From a virus (Duplodnaviria; Heunggongvirae; Uroviricota; Caudoviricetes): 20,408 nucleotides of DNA. Below are positions 1 through 7,870 of this stretch, piece by piece (positions within the stretch are counted from its first letter, which is position 1; each line of letters begins with the position of its first letter). Where the stretch lies: the IMG/VR virus record IMGVR_UViG_2737471845_000026, positions 1-20,408 of that record; one strand, written 5' to 3'. The notes under the pieces were generated by a model, which did not search any database, was not told where the DNA came from, and worked only from the letters and a program-made list of their open reading frames with translations. The position numbers were made by a program, and so were the translations under genes.

Positions 1-378
1 GAGCTGTGCTTCTTCATCCTGAGCTATGCCATCCTGGTCTGCAATATCCAGACACAGGCACAGCACATCAACCGCTTCAGCGGTTCCTGCCACATCAGCC
101 AGTTCACGCAAAGCCTGAGCATTCGCACTACGAGGCGACGCTTCATAACGGGCGCGGATATTTGCACTCATTTGTGCAATCTCACCGGAGAACGGCGCAA
201 AAGCAGGAAGTGCTGCAATGGTTTTCTCCAGTACCGCGATTTCTTTCGCGTCGCAGGTACCGTCAGCATATGCAATGGAATATGCACCCCAGATGGTCGC
301 TTCCACTGCATCACGGTTCTCCATCTTCTTCACTTCCGTGATGGCCTTGCGGGTTTTCTTTTTGAAAATACCTAACAT
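1..378 (-). CDS. TerB-like (tellurite-resistance TerB family) protein, N-terminal 126 aa only; C-terminus lies beyond the window start
   Basis: ATG at 376-378 (minus) preceded by AAAGGAAAAG. Translation MLGIFKKKTRKAITEVKKMENRDAVEATIWGAYSIAYADGTCDAKEIAVLEK...LCLCLDIADQDGIAQDEEAQL shows two ADG-x-D/E repeats typical of TerB-like domains. Not in the ORF track because it runs off the window. Confidence 0.5.
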   Translation of the reverse strand, partial: MLGIFKKKTRKAITEVKKMENRDAVEATIWGAYSIAYADGTCDAKEIAVLEKTIAALPAFAPFSGEIAQMSANIRARYEASPRSANAQALRELADVAGTAEAVDVLCLCLDIADQDGIAQDEEAQL

Positions 379-514
379 CGTGACTTTTCCTTTTAGTGGG
401 TGAGCCTCGCCCCGGGATGAGCAGCCCACAGAGAAAGTCACACTGACCATCCCGTAAGCTCTCCCCCTTGAAAGGCGCTGTGTTTTTTGATGTGCGCCTG
501 GCGTGGCTCAGATA

Positions 515-540
515 CAAAAAAAGCTCGCAGTAGCGAGCTA
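515..540 (-). terminator. Rho-independent terminator downstream of the 92-aa gene
   Basis: Minus-strand hairpin AGCTCGC-TACT-GCGAGCT (plus 523-539) followed by a run of 7 T (plus A-run 516-522). Confidence 0.5.
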
Positions 541-562
541 ACAGAAAATATGAAGCATGTTT

Positions 563-841
563 TTATCCACGAAGTATGACATTGAACTCATCCATGCCGA
601 CACGGCTAGCTATCTCGTTGTATTCCTCAACAAGAGCCTGCAATTCTGAATTAGCAGCCATGAACTCATCAAAAACCTTATGGATGGCATCACTATTTAA
701 TAAAACAATGTTCTTTCCTGAAAGGCGATCAGGGGTAGAAAATATAACTGTCAAACGACTAAAGGCCCTGGCTCGTTCAGCATTAACATCCTCAATACGC
801 TGTAACAAGCTGGAGCATCTGGAAATATCATCAATATTCAC
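563..841 (-). CDS. Hypothetical protein, 92 aa
   Basis: ORF with GTG start at 841 preceded by AGGAG (4 nt spacing); followed by the 515-540 terminator. No motif recognised. Confidence 0.45.
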   Translation of the reverse strand: MNIDDISRCSSLLQRIEDVNAERARAFSRLTVIFSTPDRLSGKNIVLLNSDAIHKVFDEFMAANSELQALVEEYNEIASRVGMDEFNVILRG

Positions 842-971
842 TCTACTCCTGCCATATGGATGATAATCATTTAACGCAAAGAGAAGAAACCCATTAAAAA
901 CACAAGTATCGATATCAGCACAGTAAATTTAATTTATCAACTATGAGAAAAAGGTACTTGTTTATAAAGAT

Positions 972-1700
972 TCATAAGATTGAAGCACAATTATGTAACG
1001 AAATATATTTTACAGGAGGTTCTCCATAATACCTGTGAAATACAGAAACGAAGTAAGATTTACTTGAGTAACCACACTCTTCTGCCACAGATCGCTTGAA
1101 GCAATATTGAAAATAAAGCATATTTACAGCAATTCGCATCCGTTCCTCAAGCAACAAGCGACTGAAACTATACCCTTCACCTTTCAATTTTCTTTTTAAC
1201 AAGCTTTCACTCATGTTTAACTGTATAGCAATTTCACCAAGCATCCAGTTCGCTGATATATCTGTTTGAATTATAGCCCTTACCTTAAAACTTACCCCCC
1301 TTAAACATCCTGACAAAAATAACGGTAACAGTTCATTTTTTGCAAACAAGGCAAGGCATGATAATCCAGTCATTATTGACAAATCATCGCAAGAATCCAT
1401 GTAAATACTATGATGATTGATTAAAGCCTTCGTCAATTCAGAATACTCAATGCCAGATATAAAATAAAGAGGAATATCAGTCTGATCACTAACATTCAAT
1501 TTGCACTCACGTTCAAGGTATTGGCTAACTACAAAGTCACTTATATCAGCAATTTTTACACTATCTGCATAAACACTGAACAAAGGCATTATATTTCTGG
1601 CAACCAACATAATGGTTCCAGGTGCCAGTGAAATCTTTTCTTTTTCAAGAAAAATATCTATCGGAAGACATACAAGGATAACGGAACAAGCAACATTCAT
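972..1700 (-). CDS. AraC/XylS-family transcriptional regulator, AppY-like (242 aa)
   Basis: C-terminal AraC-type HTH (ESLLKRKLKGEGYSFSRLLLEERMRIAVNML...AEECGYSSKSYFVSVFHRYYGEPP). N-terminus MNVACSVILVC resembles prophage-encoded AppY (MDYVCSVVFIC) as I recall it. Strongly AT-rich relative to its neighbours. Confidence 0.85.
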   Translation of the reverse strand: MNVACSVILVCLPIDIFLEKEKISLAPGTIMLVARNIMPLFSVYADSVKIADISDFVVSQYLERECKLNVSDQTDIPLYFISGIEYSELTKALINHHSIYMDSCDDLSIMTGLSCLALFAKNELLPLFLSGCLRGVSFKVRAIIQTDISANWMLGEIAIQLNMSESLLKRKLKGEGYSFSRLLLEERMRIAVNMLYFQYCFKRSVAEECGYSSKSYFVSVFHRYYGEPPVKYISLHNCASIL

Positions 1701-1736
1701 GATGGTTTATCCAGAGAAAGGTACATGGTTTATATC

Positions 1737-1765
1737 ATTATATACCCTAAATGATAATTTGCATG
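1737..1765 (-). promoter_or_regulatory. Candidate sigma70 promoter for the AppY-like gene
   Basis: Minus-strand TATATAAT (plus 1737-1744) about 37 nt upstream of the ATG at 1700; the -35 is poor (CATGCA/ATGCAA). Confidence 0.3.
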
Positions 1766-1786
1766 ACTGTTACATCAAGTTATTCA

Positions 1787-2836
1787 TCAAGAAAGTTTCT
1801 TCCGGATCTCCTTCAGTGTTTGTTGAAAACGCTCCGTCTCAAGCTCAACACCCATCGCCCTGCGGCCCAGCGACAATGCCGCTTTTATTGTTGAGCCTGA
1901 CCCCATAAAAAAATCCGCAACCACATCCCCCGGACGACTGCTGGCGGTGATTATCTGACGCAACATATCCGCCGGTTTTTCACAGGGAGGTTTGCCTGGG
2001 TAATACTGTACTGGCTTGTGCGTCCAGACATCCGTATACGGAACGGCAGCTGATACGGAAAAATAACGCCGCAGTGATTTATATTCCTCCAGCAGGCTGG
2101 CATATTGCCGGTTCAGTTCGCTGTATGTGCTGACCAGTCTGTGATGTTGCTGCTCCAGTTCACCGCGCTGATGCTTTTCTGCCGCTACACGTGCAAACAG
2201 CGCCTGCAGTTTACTGTAATCGGCCTCATTCGGTAACTGCCACTGACTGGTACCAAACCAGTGCGAAGCCATGTTTTTCTTTCCGGTGGCTTCCGCTATC
2301 TGTTTCGACGTTATCCCCAGTGATTCACGCGCATCACGAAAGTAAGAAATCAGCGGGGCCATGACGTGCTGTTTAAGTTCACGCCCCTTTGCCGCATAGC
2401 CGTCATTTTTTGGCTGGTATGGCCCCTGATAATGTTCGGCAAACAGAATGCGCTCTGTTGCCGGGAAATACGCCCGTAAACTTTCCTTATTGCACCCGTT
2501 CCAGCGTCCGCACGGCTTCGCCCAGATAATGTGGTTCAGCACATTAAAGCGTTCACGCATCATGATTTCGGTATCAGATGCCAGGCGATGACCACAGAAC
2601 AGGTAAAGACTTCCGGCGGGTTTTAATACCCGCCAGAACTGCGCAAGACACTGGTCCAGCCATTGCAGGTAATCAGCGTCGCCCTTCCACTGGTTATCCC
2701 AGCCCTCGGGCTTCACTTTAAAGTATGGCGGGTCTGTGACTATCAGATCGACGGAGTTTTCCGGTAAGGTCCGGATAAATTCCAGGCAATCAGCGTTGAT
2801 TAACTCACAACTGGATATTTTTACAGTATTAGCCAT
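1787..2836 (-). CDS. DNA amino-methyltransferase (N6-adenine or N4-cytosine, beta-class motif order), apparently orphan (349 aa)
   Basis: Motif IV DPPY near the N-terminus (LIVTDPPYF) and AdoMet motif I FxGxG near the C-terminus (DFFMGSGST). No restriction endonuclease candidate is adjacent. Confidence 0.85.
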   Translation of the reverse strand: MANTVKISSCELINADCLEFIRTLPENSVDLIVTDPPYFKVKPEGWDNQWKGDADYLQWLDQCLAQFWRVLKPAGSLYLFCGHRLASDTEIMMRERFNVLNHIIWAKPCGRWNGCNKESLRAYFPATERILFAEHYQGPYQPKNDGYAAKGRELKQHVMAPLISYFRDARESLGITSKQIAEATGKKNMASHWFGTSQWQLPNEADYSKLQALFARVAAEKHQRGELEQQHHRLVSTYSELNRQYASLLEEYKSLRRYFSVSAAVPYTDVWTHKPVQYYPGKPPCEKPADMLRQIITASSRPGDVVADFFMGSGSTIKAALSLGRRAMGVELETERFQQTLKEIRKKLS

Positions 2837-2975
2837 AGATCAGTAAGCACTTCTCTGATAGGCTCATACCGCTTTTGCGCAAAGCAGATGGGCCTGAGGT
2901 TTGCTTGTGACCCCAACGCATGAGCAGATGGCTGGCAGGTGCCGCTAACACCCACCAGCCGCCCATTACCACAAA

Positions 2976-3000
2976 TTAAAAAGCCTTCACTGCGGAAGGC
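2976..3000 (-). terminator. Rho-independent terminator overlapping the 3' end of the 65-aa ORF
   Basis: Minus-strand hairpin GCCTTC-CGCAGT-GAAGGC (plus 2983-3000) followed by TTTTTAATTT. Confidence 0.45.
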
Positions 3001-3184
3001 GTCTGTAACAACCGAACTGATAATCTGCCAGACCCGCCATAACAAGCTGGGTCAGTATTAACTGGCAGCGTTCGCGTGAAAGGTAAGTATTCTGCGCAAT
3101 TTCCCCGATGGTCGCCGGTTCGGTGACGCTTAATTCATTAAATACCACTCTGGCTGTTTCGGTCATATCCTGCTGTTTTAGCAT
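2987..3184 (-). CDS. Small hypothetical protein, 65 aa (possible DNA-binding fold)
   Basis: Internal ATG at 3184 preceded by AAGGGAAAAAG. The listed 111-aa ORF starts with TTG inside the upstream terminator hairpin, so the shorter start is preferred. Confidence 0.4.
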   Translation of the reverse strand: MLKQQDMTETARVVFNELSVTEPATIGEIAQNTYLSRERCQLILTQLVMAGLADYQFGCYRRLPQ

Positions 3185-3305
3185 GTCTTTTTCCCTTTTC
3201 TGGTTAACGTGACATACCAATAACTCTTGTCTGAAAAGCCAGCAAGCTGAAAGACCAGTATTCGCAACCACCAGCGCGTTTAACGTACTGCACCACTTTT
3301 CGGGC

Positions 3306-3330
3306 ACAAAAAACCCGCTCAATAGCGGGC
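3306..3330 (-). terminator. Rho-independent terminator immediately after the DUF2335-like gene
   Basis: Minus-strand hairpin AGCCCGCT-ATTG-AGCGGG (plus 3314-3329) followed by TTTTTTGT; starts 1 nt after the stop at 3331-3333. Confidence 0.55.
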
Positions 3331-3861
3331 TTATTCTTCTTCATTGGTATTAGGCGTCGGCATTTGTCGTGACAGACCAGATGCTCTGCCCATTATGAAA
3401 ACGGATGCCAATCCTATCAGATCAACAGTAATCAGCGTTCCAGCAAAAACAGTATTACCTCTCCAGGCAAAGACGGTTGCTATCAGCAAAATTAAAAGCG
3501 TTATCGAGTAAGCCATCCATTGACCACGCCTGTCTTTTTTTATTGTTCCCGTGACCGTTGTTTTCTGCATTTCATGACGATGAGCCTGCTCTTTCTCACT
3601 TCTTGCCATTATCCGCTCAGCAGCACCTTCAACTATATCATCGTATTCACGTAGCATTGATGGTGGAGGAAGCGGACCACGGAAATAGGTTTGACTTACT
3701 ATGGCTCTAAATTGAGGTCGCTCGAGGAGCCGTTCAAGAACATTTGGATTTTCAACCAGCTCCCCTTCTATCTCTTTAGCCAGCTGTTCTGAACTCTTAC
3801 ATGAATCGTTATCGTGCAGTGGCAAGCTGGCGTTTAAGTTTTCTTGCTCTGAGTCTTGCAT
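3331..3861 (-). CDS. DUF2335-like predicted membrane protein (176 aa)
   Basis: Central motif SQTYFRGPLPPPSMLREYDDIVEGAAERIMARSEKEQAHRHE followed by two hydrophobic helices (ITLLILLIATVFAW, LITVDLIGLASVFIM); recognised as the DUF2335 family from memory. Confidence 0.6.
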   Translation of the reverse strand: MQDSEQENLNASLPLHDNDSCKSSEQLAKEIEGELVENPNVLERLLERPQFRAIVSQTYFRGPLPPPSMLREYDDIVEGAAERIMARSEKEQAHRHEMQKTTVTGTIKKDRRGQWMAYSITLLILLIATVFAWRGNTVFAGTLITVDLIGLASVFIMGRASGLSRQMPTPNTNEEE

Positions 3862-4024
3862 ATGGCCTCATACTTGTCCGTAAGTCATCGCCTACAGCCT
3901 GGAAATCCGAACGTAAAGCATCAGCGTCAGATTTATGAACAACCAGTGCTGTATAATCAGTAGCAGGTATCAGGTCTATGATGCTACCTGCGGCGCGCAT
4001 GATTCTGCGAGTTGAGCGCAACAT
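3809..4024 (-). CDS. Hypothetical protein, 71 aa, overlapping the start of the DUF2335-like gene by 53 nt
   Basis: ATG at 4024 preceded by a near-consensus SD (TAAGGAGGTACGGT-ATG). Its C-terminal overlap region is Arg-rich. Confidence 0.5.
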   Translation of the reverse strand: MLRSTRRIMRAAGSIIDLIPATDYTALVVHKSDADALRSDFQAVGDDLRTSMRPYARLRARKLKRQLATAR

Positions 4025-4221
4025 ACCGTACCTCCTTACATAGTTAACATCTTATAGATCACCTTTGGGGTAATCTTAGAATGAGCCATGCAAGCTGTAC
4101 AGAATTATTTTATAGCGCACGACTTTCAAATTGGCGCACATAAAAGCAATTCCCCGTAAAAACACAGCAAACGAAGAAAGCAAACTATGCTGGAATCAAC
4201 TATGGACTTCACTGTTTTTCC

Positions 4222-4248
4222 GGCACAAAAACCCGCTCGTCGGCGGGT
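4222..4248 (-). terminator. Rho-independent terminator about 80 nt downstream of the Q-like gene (tR'-like)
   Basis: Minus-strand hairpin CCCGCCGACGAGCGGG (plus 4232-4247) followed by TTTTTG. Confidence 0.5.
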
Positions 4249-4296
4249 TGTAAAAATTATTTTAACGTCAGGCATAATACGCCCATCGTTGTGGAA

Positions 4297-4324
4297 AATT
4301 TACCACAGATTCGGGAAAAATCAA
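4297..4324 (-). promoter_or_regulatory. Candidate late promoter (PR'-like) directly downstream of the Q-like gene
   Basis: Minus-strand TTGATT (plus 4319-4324), 16-nt spacer, TAAATT (plus 4297-4302) with TG at -15/-14. With the terminator at 4222-4248 it would make a roughly 45-65 nt terminated transcript. Confidence 0.35.
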
Positions 4325-4329
4325 CAACA

Positions 4330-5151
4330 CTATCGCGTTACCTTCTTTAACTGCCACTCCGCCCATGCCTCTTCAATGTCAAACCGAACCACCAACGTAT
4401 CGTAAAAGCGCTTCACTGATTTTTTCCACGTATCAAGTGTAATAGCACTCGTCACTTTGCATATGGCATTAAATGCCTCCGTTGATGGCAGTCGTTCATA
4501 ACCACGACCGCCACAACGTTGGCAGTCCCTGATAACAGGCATCCCCCGTTTTTCCGACTCTTCACGATAAATGGCAACACCACGCCCACGGCAATCTTTA
4601 CAGGCAGTGGAAATCTCCCCCTTCCCTTTACATTCAGGACAGGAAACTTTCACCACCTCCCGGATTTTTTTCCATTCTTCCCAGTAAGACGGATACACAC
4701 CTTTCGTACACTTTGCCCATACTGGCGGCTTGCCATCCGGATACTGAACCTTGCTTGTAAAAACTTCGCTTTCAATAAATTTTTCCCCATGGCAACAGGG
4801 GCACTGCTTTTTACTCGCAGCACTACGGGCATAATCCTCAAAAGCATACGAAGCCATAATGCGCATCACTGCCGGTTTTATTTCTGCCGGAAGTTTTCTT
4901 AACGCCGCCACACTATCGCACTGACTTAATGCATAATCTGCCAGTAATTCTGTTGCCCGCACTCTGTCATTCATACTGATGCCCATTTTCCCCAGGAACG
5001 CAGAAAATCCCATCTCAGCCCGGTTCTGTGTCATGCCCTGTGCAGCCATCACATCAGTGATACTCAGTGCATCTTTTGATGTCGAGGCGGATGCATCAGT
5101 CAGGCCTGGCGATTTCGGGGAATAGTATTTCGGTAAATCTTCCAGCTTCAT
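4330..5151 (-). CDS. Late-gene antiterminator Q-like protein (273 aa)
   Basis: Sits directly downstream of rusA with an ATGA start/stop overlap, the canonical Q position. Multiple CxxC zinc-binding motifs (CPCCHG, CPECKGKG, CKDCRGRG, CQRCGGRG). Assignment rests on synteny and motifs, not alignment. Confidence 0.65.
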   Translation of the reverse strand: MKLEDLPKYYSPKSPGLTDASASTSKDALSITDVMAAQGMTQNRAEMGFSAFLGKMGISMNDRVRATELLADYALSQCDSVAALRKLPAEIKPAVMRIMASYAFEDYARSAASKKQCPCCHGEKFIESEVFTSKVQYPDGKPPVWAKCTKGVYPSYWEEWKKIREVVKVSCPECKGKGEISTACKDCRGRGVAIYREESEKRGMPVIRDCQRCGGRGYERLPSTEAFNAICKVTSAITLDTWKKSVKRFYDTLVVRFDIEEAWAEWQLKKVTR

Positions 5152-5522
5152 TTTTTGACCTGCCCGTCATGCATTATTTCGTAAATCTTCACGCCCAACC
5201 GACCACCTGGGACAAGCTGACCGCGCACAATATTGATTTCATCAAACTGCTCGTCGTCGATAAGCAACCCCGCATGCGTCAACGCATCCAGCGGTGCTTT
5301 CAGGATATTGTCCAGGTCACGACGGCGTTTATCCGGCGGCTCTGCGATAACCGTTATCGCCAGCCTTCCGGACAGGTTTAATTTCAGCCGCTGCTGGCGA
5401 ACGATAAGCGCCACATCACAGCGATAACGCTTACCGGCTTCCGATATAAAATATGTGCTGCCACGACGTCGCCAGTAAGTGTTCACCGTCGGCGGGTAAG
5501 GCAAAACAAATTCTATCCCCAT
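5148..5522 (-). CDS. rusA: Holliday junction resolvase RusA (124 aa)
   Basis: Matches the RusA pattern throughout (PYPPTVNTYW...PDKRRRDLDNILKAPLDALTHAGLLIDDEQ); SD AAAGAGG 7 nt upstream of the ATG at 5522. Confidence 0.9.
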   Translation of the reverse strand: MGIEFVLPYPPTVNTYWRRRGSTYFISEAGKRYRCDVALIVRQQRLKLNLSGRLAITVIAEPPDKRRRDLDNILKAPLDALTHAGLLIDDEQFDEINIVRGQLVPGGRLGVKIYEIMHDGQVKK

Positions 5523-5534
5523 CAGTAACCTCTT

Positions 5535-6584
5535 TTATCCGAGTACGCCAGTTGCAAAGGCGTGATCAAGAAAACGAAAAATTAAATCAACCTGAGAACC
5601 ATGCTTTTCTTCGAACGCCTGCGGATCTGCATGAAGTTCATTGTGATGTTCCCGGCACAGCGGCAACGTAAAAATATCGTGGGCTTTTGTCCCCATTCCG
5701 CCCTGACCGTGACCAATCAGGTGATGGGGATCGTCTGCTGGCTTACCACAACACGTACACGGCTGTGTCTTTACCCAGCGCGTGTATTTCTCATTCACCC
5801 AGCGGCGACGTTTAGGCCGCTTCATGAATGATTCCGGTGACTCCGGATCAACGGCAATGCTGACCACCGTCTTTTCCTGTGGTGCGTTCTGTTGCTGGTG
5901 GGCGTGAGGCAACGGCGCAAAATTTTTTGTGCGCTGCTTCAGTATGCTGGTGGCGGTCCGCTCTCCATGTACGATGTCGCTTTCGCGGTACACCGAGCGG
6001 ATTTTTTCCGCACGCAACCCCAGAGAACGACGTAATACTGACTCCGGTAGCGCGTCCGCTACCTGATTGCAGACCGCCCACCAGGATAATTCAGCCAGCG
6101 ACAATTCCCGTTCCTGTGTACTGCTTATTGCGTGACGTATGACGTCAATCATCCAGGCTGTCAGATTTTGTTGAGCAAGCTGCCCGAGTGATTCGGATGT
6201 CTGGTCACGCAGCTGGTTGTCACAGTGCCAGCACAACACCATCGCGCCAGTACCGTAACGATGTATGACGGTTTCACTGTGGTGATAGTCACCATGAGGC
6301 CACTGGCAGGATTTAACGTGGCGCAACAGCCAGTCAGAGAGTGCGCCAGCACCACCAGCGGCACGAATCACACGCTCATCGCTGAAAAATGGCAGTAATG
6401 ATTTATCTTCCGCCAGCGGCTGGCGAACGGCAGGAACAACTCCGGACGGCAAACATCGCATGCTTTTCGGTTCCGGTTCCACCAGCACTCGAGGGTTATG
6501 AAATACCTGCATGGATTCACGGCCCGGCTTAAGGACCACCAGCCCAAGTTCCGGTACCGGAACAGGTCGAAGTAATACCCGCAC
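5535..6584 (-). CDS. DUF968-family protein (YdfU-like) with a C-terminal HNH-like Cys/His motif (349 aa, GTG start)
   Basis: C-terminus CTCCGKPADDPHHLIGHGQGGMGTKAHDIFTLPLCREHHNELH. Size and position next to rusA and Q match Qin prophage YdfU as I recall it. The start is ambiguous (GTG at 6584 or downstream ATGs). Confidence 0.75.
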   Translation of the reverse strand: MRVLLRPVPVPELGLVVLKPGRESMQVFHNPRVLVEPEPKSMRCLPSGVVPAVRQPLAEDKSLLPFFSDERVIRAAGGAGALSDWLLRHVKSCQWPHGDYHHSETVIHRYGTGAMVLCWHCDNQLRDQTSESLGQLAQQNLTAWMIDVIRHAISSTQERELSLAELSWWAVCNQVADALPESVLRRSLGLRAEKIRSVYRESDIVHGERTATSILKQRTKNFAPLPHAHQQQNAPQEKTVVSIAVDPESPESFMKRPKRRRWVNEKYTRWVKTQPCTCCGKPADDPHHLIGHGQGGMGTKAHDIFTLPLCREHHNELHADPQAFEEKHGSQVDLIFRFLDHAFATGVLG

Positions 6585-6585
6585 G

Positions 6586-6858
6586 TTACCTCCAGATGCG
6601 TTGCTGGAATGTGCGGGATGAACGCGGTGGGCGTTCAGAATAAGGGAGCCTGACTGAAATTATCCAGTGTCGGAAGTCAGGACTGAGGTCTTTCTGAAAC
6701 TCATACCCACGTCTGCGGTAGTTCTGAATCAGCCATTCGGCCTGTTCTTCAGTGCATGGATCATGCTGGAACCAGTCGGTTTTAAATGCGCGTGAACGCC
6801 GCCATTGCCTGCTGGCAGGGGCGGTATCAGAATTGTTAAGTTTTGTGTAATGCACCAC
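6586..6858 (-). CDS. Hypothetical protein, about 90 aa (GTG start)
   Basis: ORF abutting the DUF968 start; GTG at 6858 preceded by ACGGGGA. Contains protein-like AEWLIQNYRRRGYEF but no ATG start. Confidence 0.35.
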   Translation of the reverse strand: MVHYTKLNNSDTAPASRQWRRSRAFKTDWFQHDPCTEEQAEWLIQNYRRRGYEFQKDLSPDFRHWIISVRLPYSERPPRSSRTFQQRIWR

Positions 6859-6918
6859 TACTATCCCCGTAATGGTGCGACAGATGTCAGTTGTTCAGGC
6901 TGACTTAACCAGTATAAT

Positions 6919-7086
6919 TTAGTCTTCTTTAATACAGAAGTGGCTAACAGAATCCATGTGCGCTTCTTTACTGATCAAAATGGCATCAGGTGGTAGTGGT
7001 ATTACAACAAAGTCGCCATTCTCAAAAGTTATCACTTCATAACTACCAGGAACAGAAAGCGTGGCAATTAATTCCTTATCGTTCAT
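6919..7086 (-). CDS. AT-rich small hypothetical protein, 55 aa
   Basis: Internal ATG at 7086 (MNDKELIATLSVPGSYEVITFENGDFVVIPLPPDAILISKEAHMDSVSHFCIKED) with a weak SD; lower GC than the flanking genes. Confidence 0.3.
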   Translation of the reverse strand: MNDKELIATLSVPGSYEVITFENGDFVVIPLPPDAILISKEAHMDSVSHFCIKED

Positions 7087-7242
7087 AACCAAAATCCCAT
7101 GAACTTTAAACACATCCCCTTAAGGGGGCCATCCCTCTTCTCCCTGCGCGCTAACTAAGTAATATGATTCTATTTACCCCAAACGGCCCCTCAAGAACCG
7201 CACCCAATGGAGTACACAAAAAGCTAATCAACTACGCCGCAC

Positions 7243-7268
7243 AATAAAAAAACCCGCCGAAGCGGGTT
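7243..7268 (-). terminator. Rho-independent terminator of the hok transcript
   Basis: Minus-strand hairpin ACCCGCTTCGGCGGGT (plus 7252-7267) followed by TTTTTTTAT. Confidence 0.6.
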
Positions 7269-7340
7269 AAGTGCGGGTGCGTTGAGGATGCCTGACACAT
7301 CAGAGGTGGCGGGGGATAAAAATCCCCCGCCAGGTCACCC

Positions 7341-7496
7341 TTACTCCTCAGATTCGTAAGCTGTGAAGACAGTGACCTCCGTCTGGCCGGTTCGGATTCG
7401 TACCTCGCAGAGGTCTTTCCTCATTACCAGTGCCGTCACTATGACGGTTAAACAGATGACGATCAGGGCGATTAACATCGCCTTTTGCTGCTTCAT
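7341..7496 (-). CDS. hok: Hok/Gef-family type I toxin (51 aa), closely HokD/RelF-like
   Basis: Translation MKQQKAMLIALIVICLTVIVTALVMRKDLCEVRIRTGQTEVTVFTAYESEE is a Hok-family hallmark. SD AAGGAG 9 nt upstream. The listed 70-aa ORF is an in-frame upstream extension. Confidence 0.9.
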   Translation of the reverse strand: MKQQKAMLIALIVICLTVIVTALVMRKDLCEVRIRTGQTEVTVFTAYESEE

Positions 7497-7834
7497 AGCC
7501 AGCTTCTCCTTGCCTTTCGGCACGTAAGAGGCTAACCTACATGTGTAAAGCATGAAATTGGCCTCAGATTAATGTTAAGCGTCTTGCCGGACGCGTAATG
7601 TTAACTGGGGCTTTTCTCTGTCTGCCTTACAGTGGCATGCCCGAGGCAGACAGCCTCAAGCACCCGCAACAATCTTACCGACACCGATAAGAAAACGCTA
7701 TTTTTTATTGCCAGAACCTTCTGCCCAGGCTAATGTATCCGCGTCAGAACGGCGCAATGCGCTCGCCTGAGATACGTTTACTTGTCATTGGTGGCAACAG
7801 ATAACGGCAATTGTTATTTCTGTTTGTTTCCTTC

Positions 7835-7866
7835 AAAAACCCCGGACCGTCAATCCGGGTTTTTTG
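7835..7866. terminator. Bidirectional rho-independent terminator separating the nin-region operon from the hok locus
   Basis: Hairpin CCCGGA-CCGTCAA-TCCGGG (7841-7859) flanked by an A-run (7835-7840) and a T-run (7860-7866). Confidence 0.55.
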
Positions 7867-7870
7867 TTTG

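Noticed and set aside
311-517. Minus-strand 68-aa ORF overlapping the TerB-like start region
   Set aside because: It overlaps the better-supported TerB-like frame and the terminator and has no RBS.
2987-3322. 111-aa TTG-initiated ORF
   Set aside because: Its first codons lie within the terminator hairpin of the upstream gene; an internal ATG at 3184 with an RBS gives a more plausible 65-aa product.
4187-4902. Plus-strand ORFs 4187-4405 and 4519-4902
   Set aside because: The first spans the terminator hairpin and the second is antisense to the Q-like gene; both have low-complexity translations.
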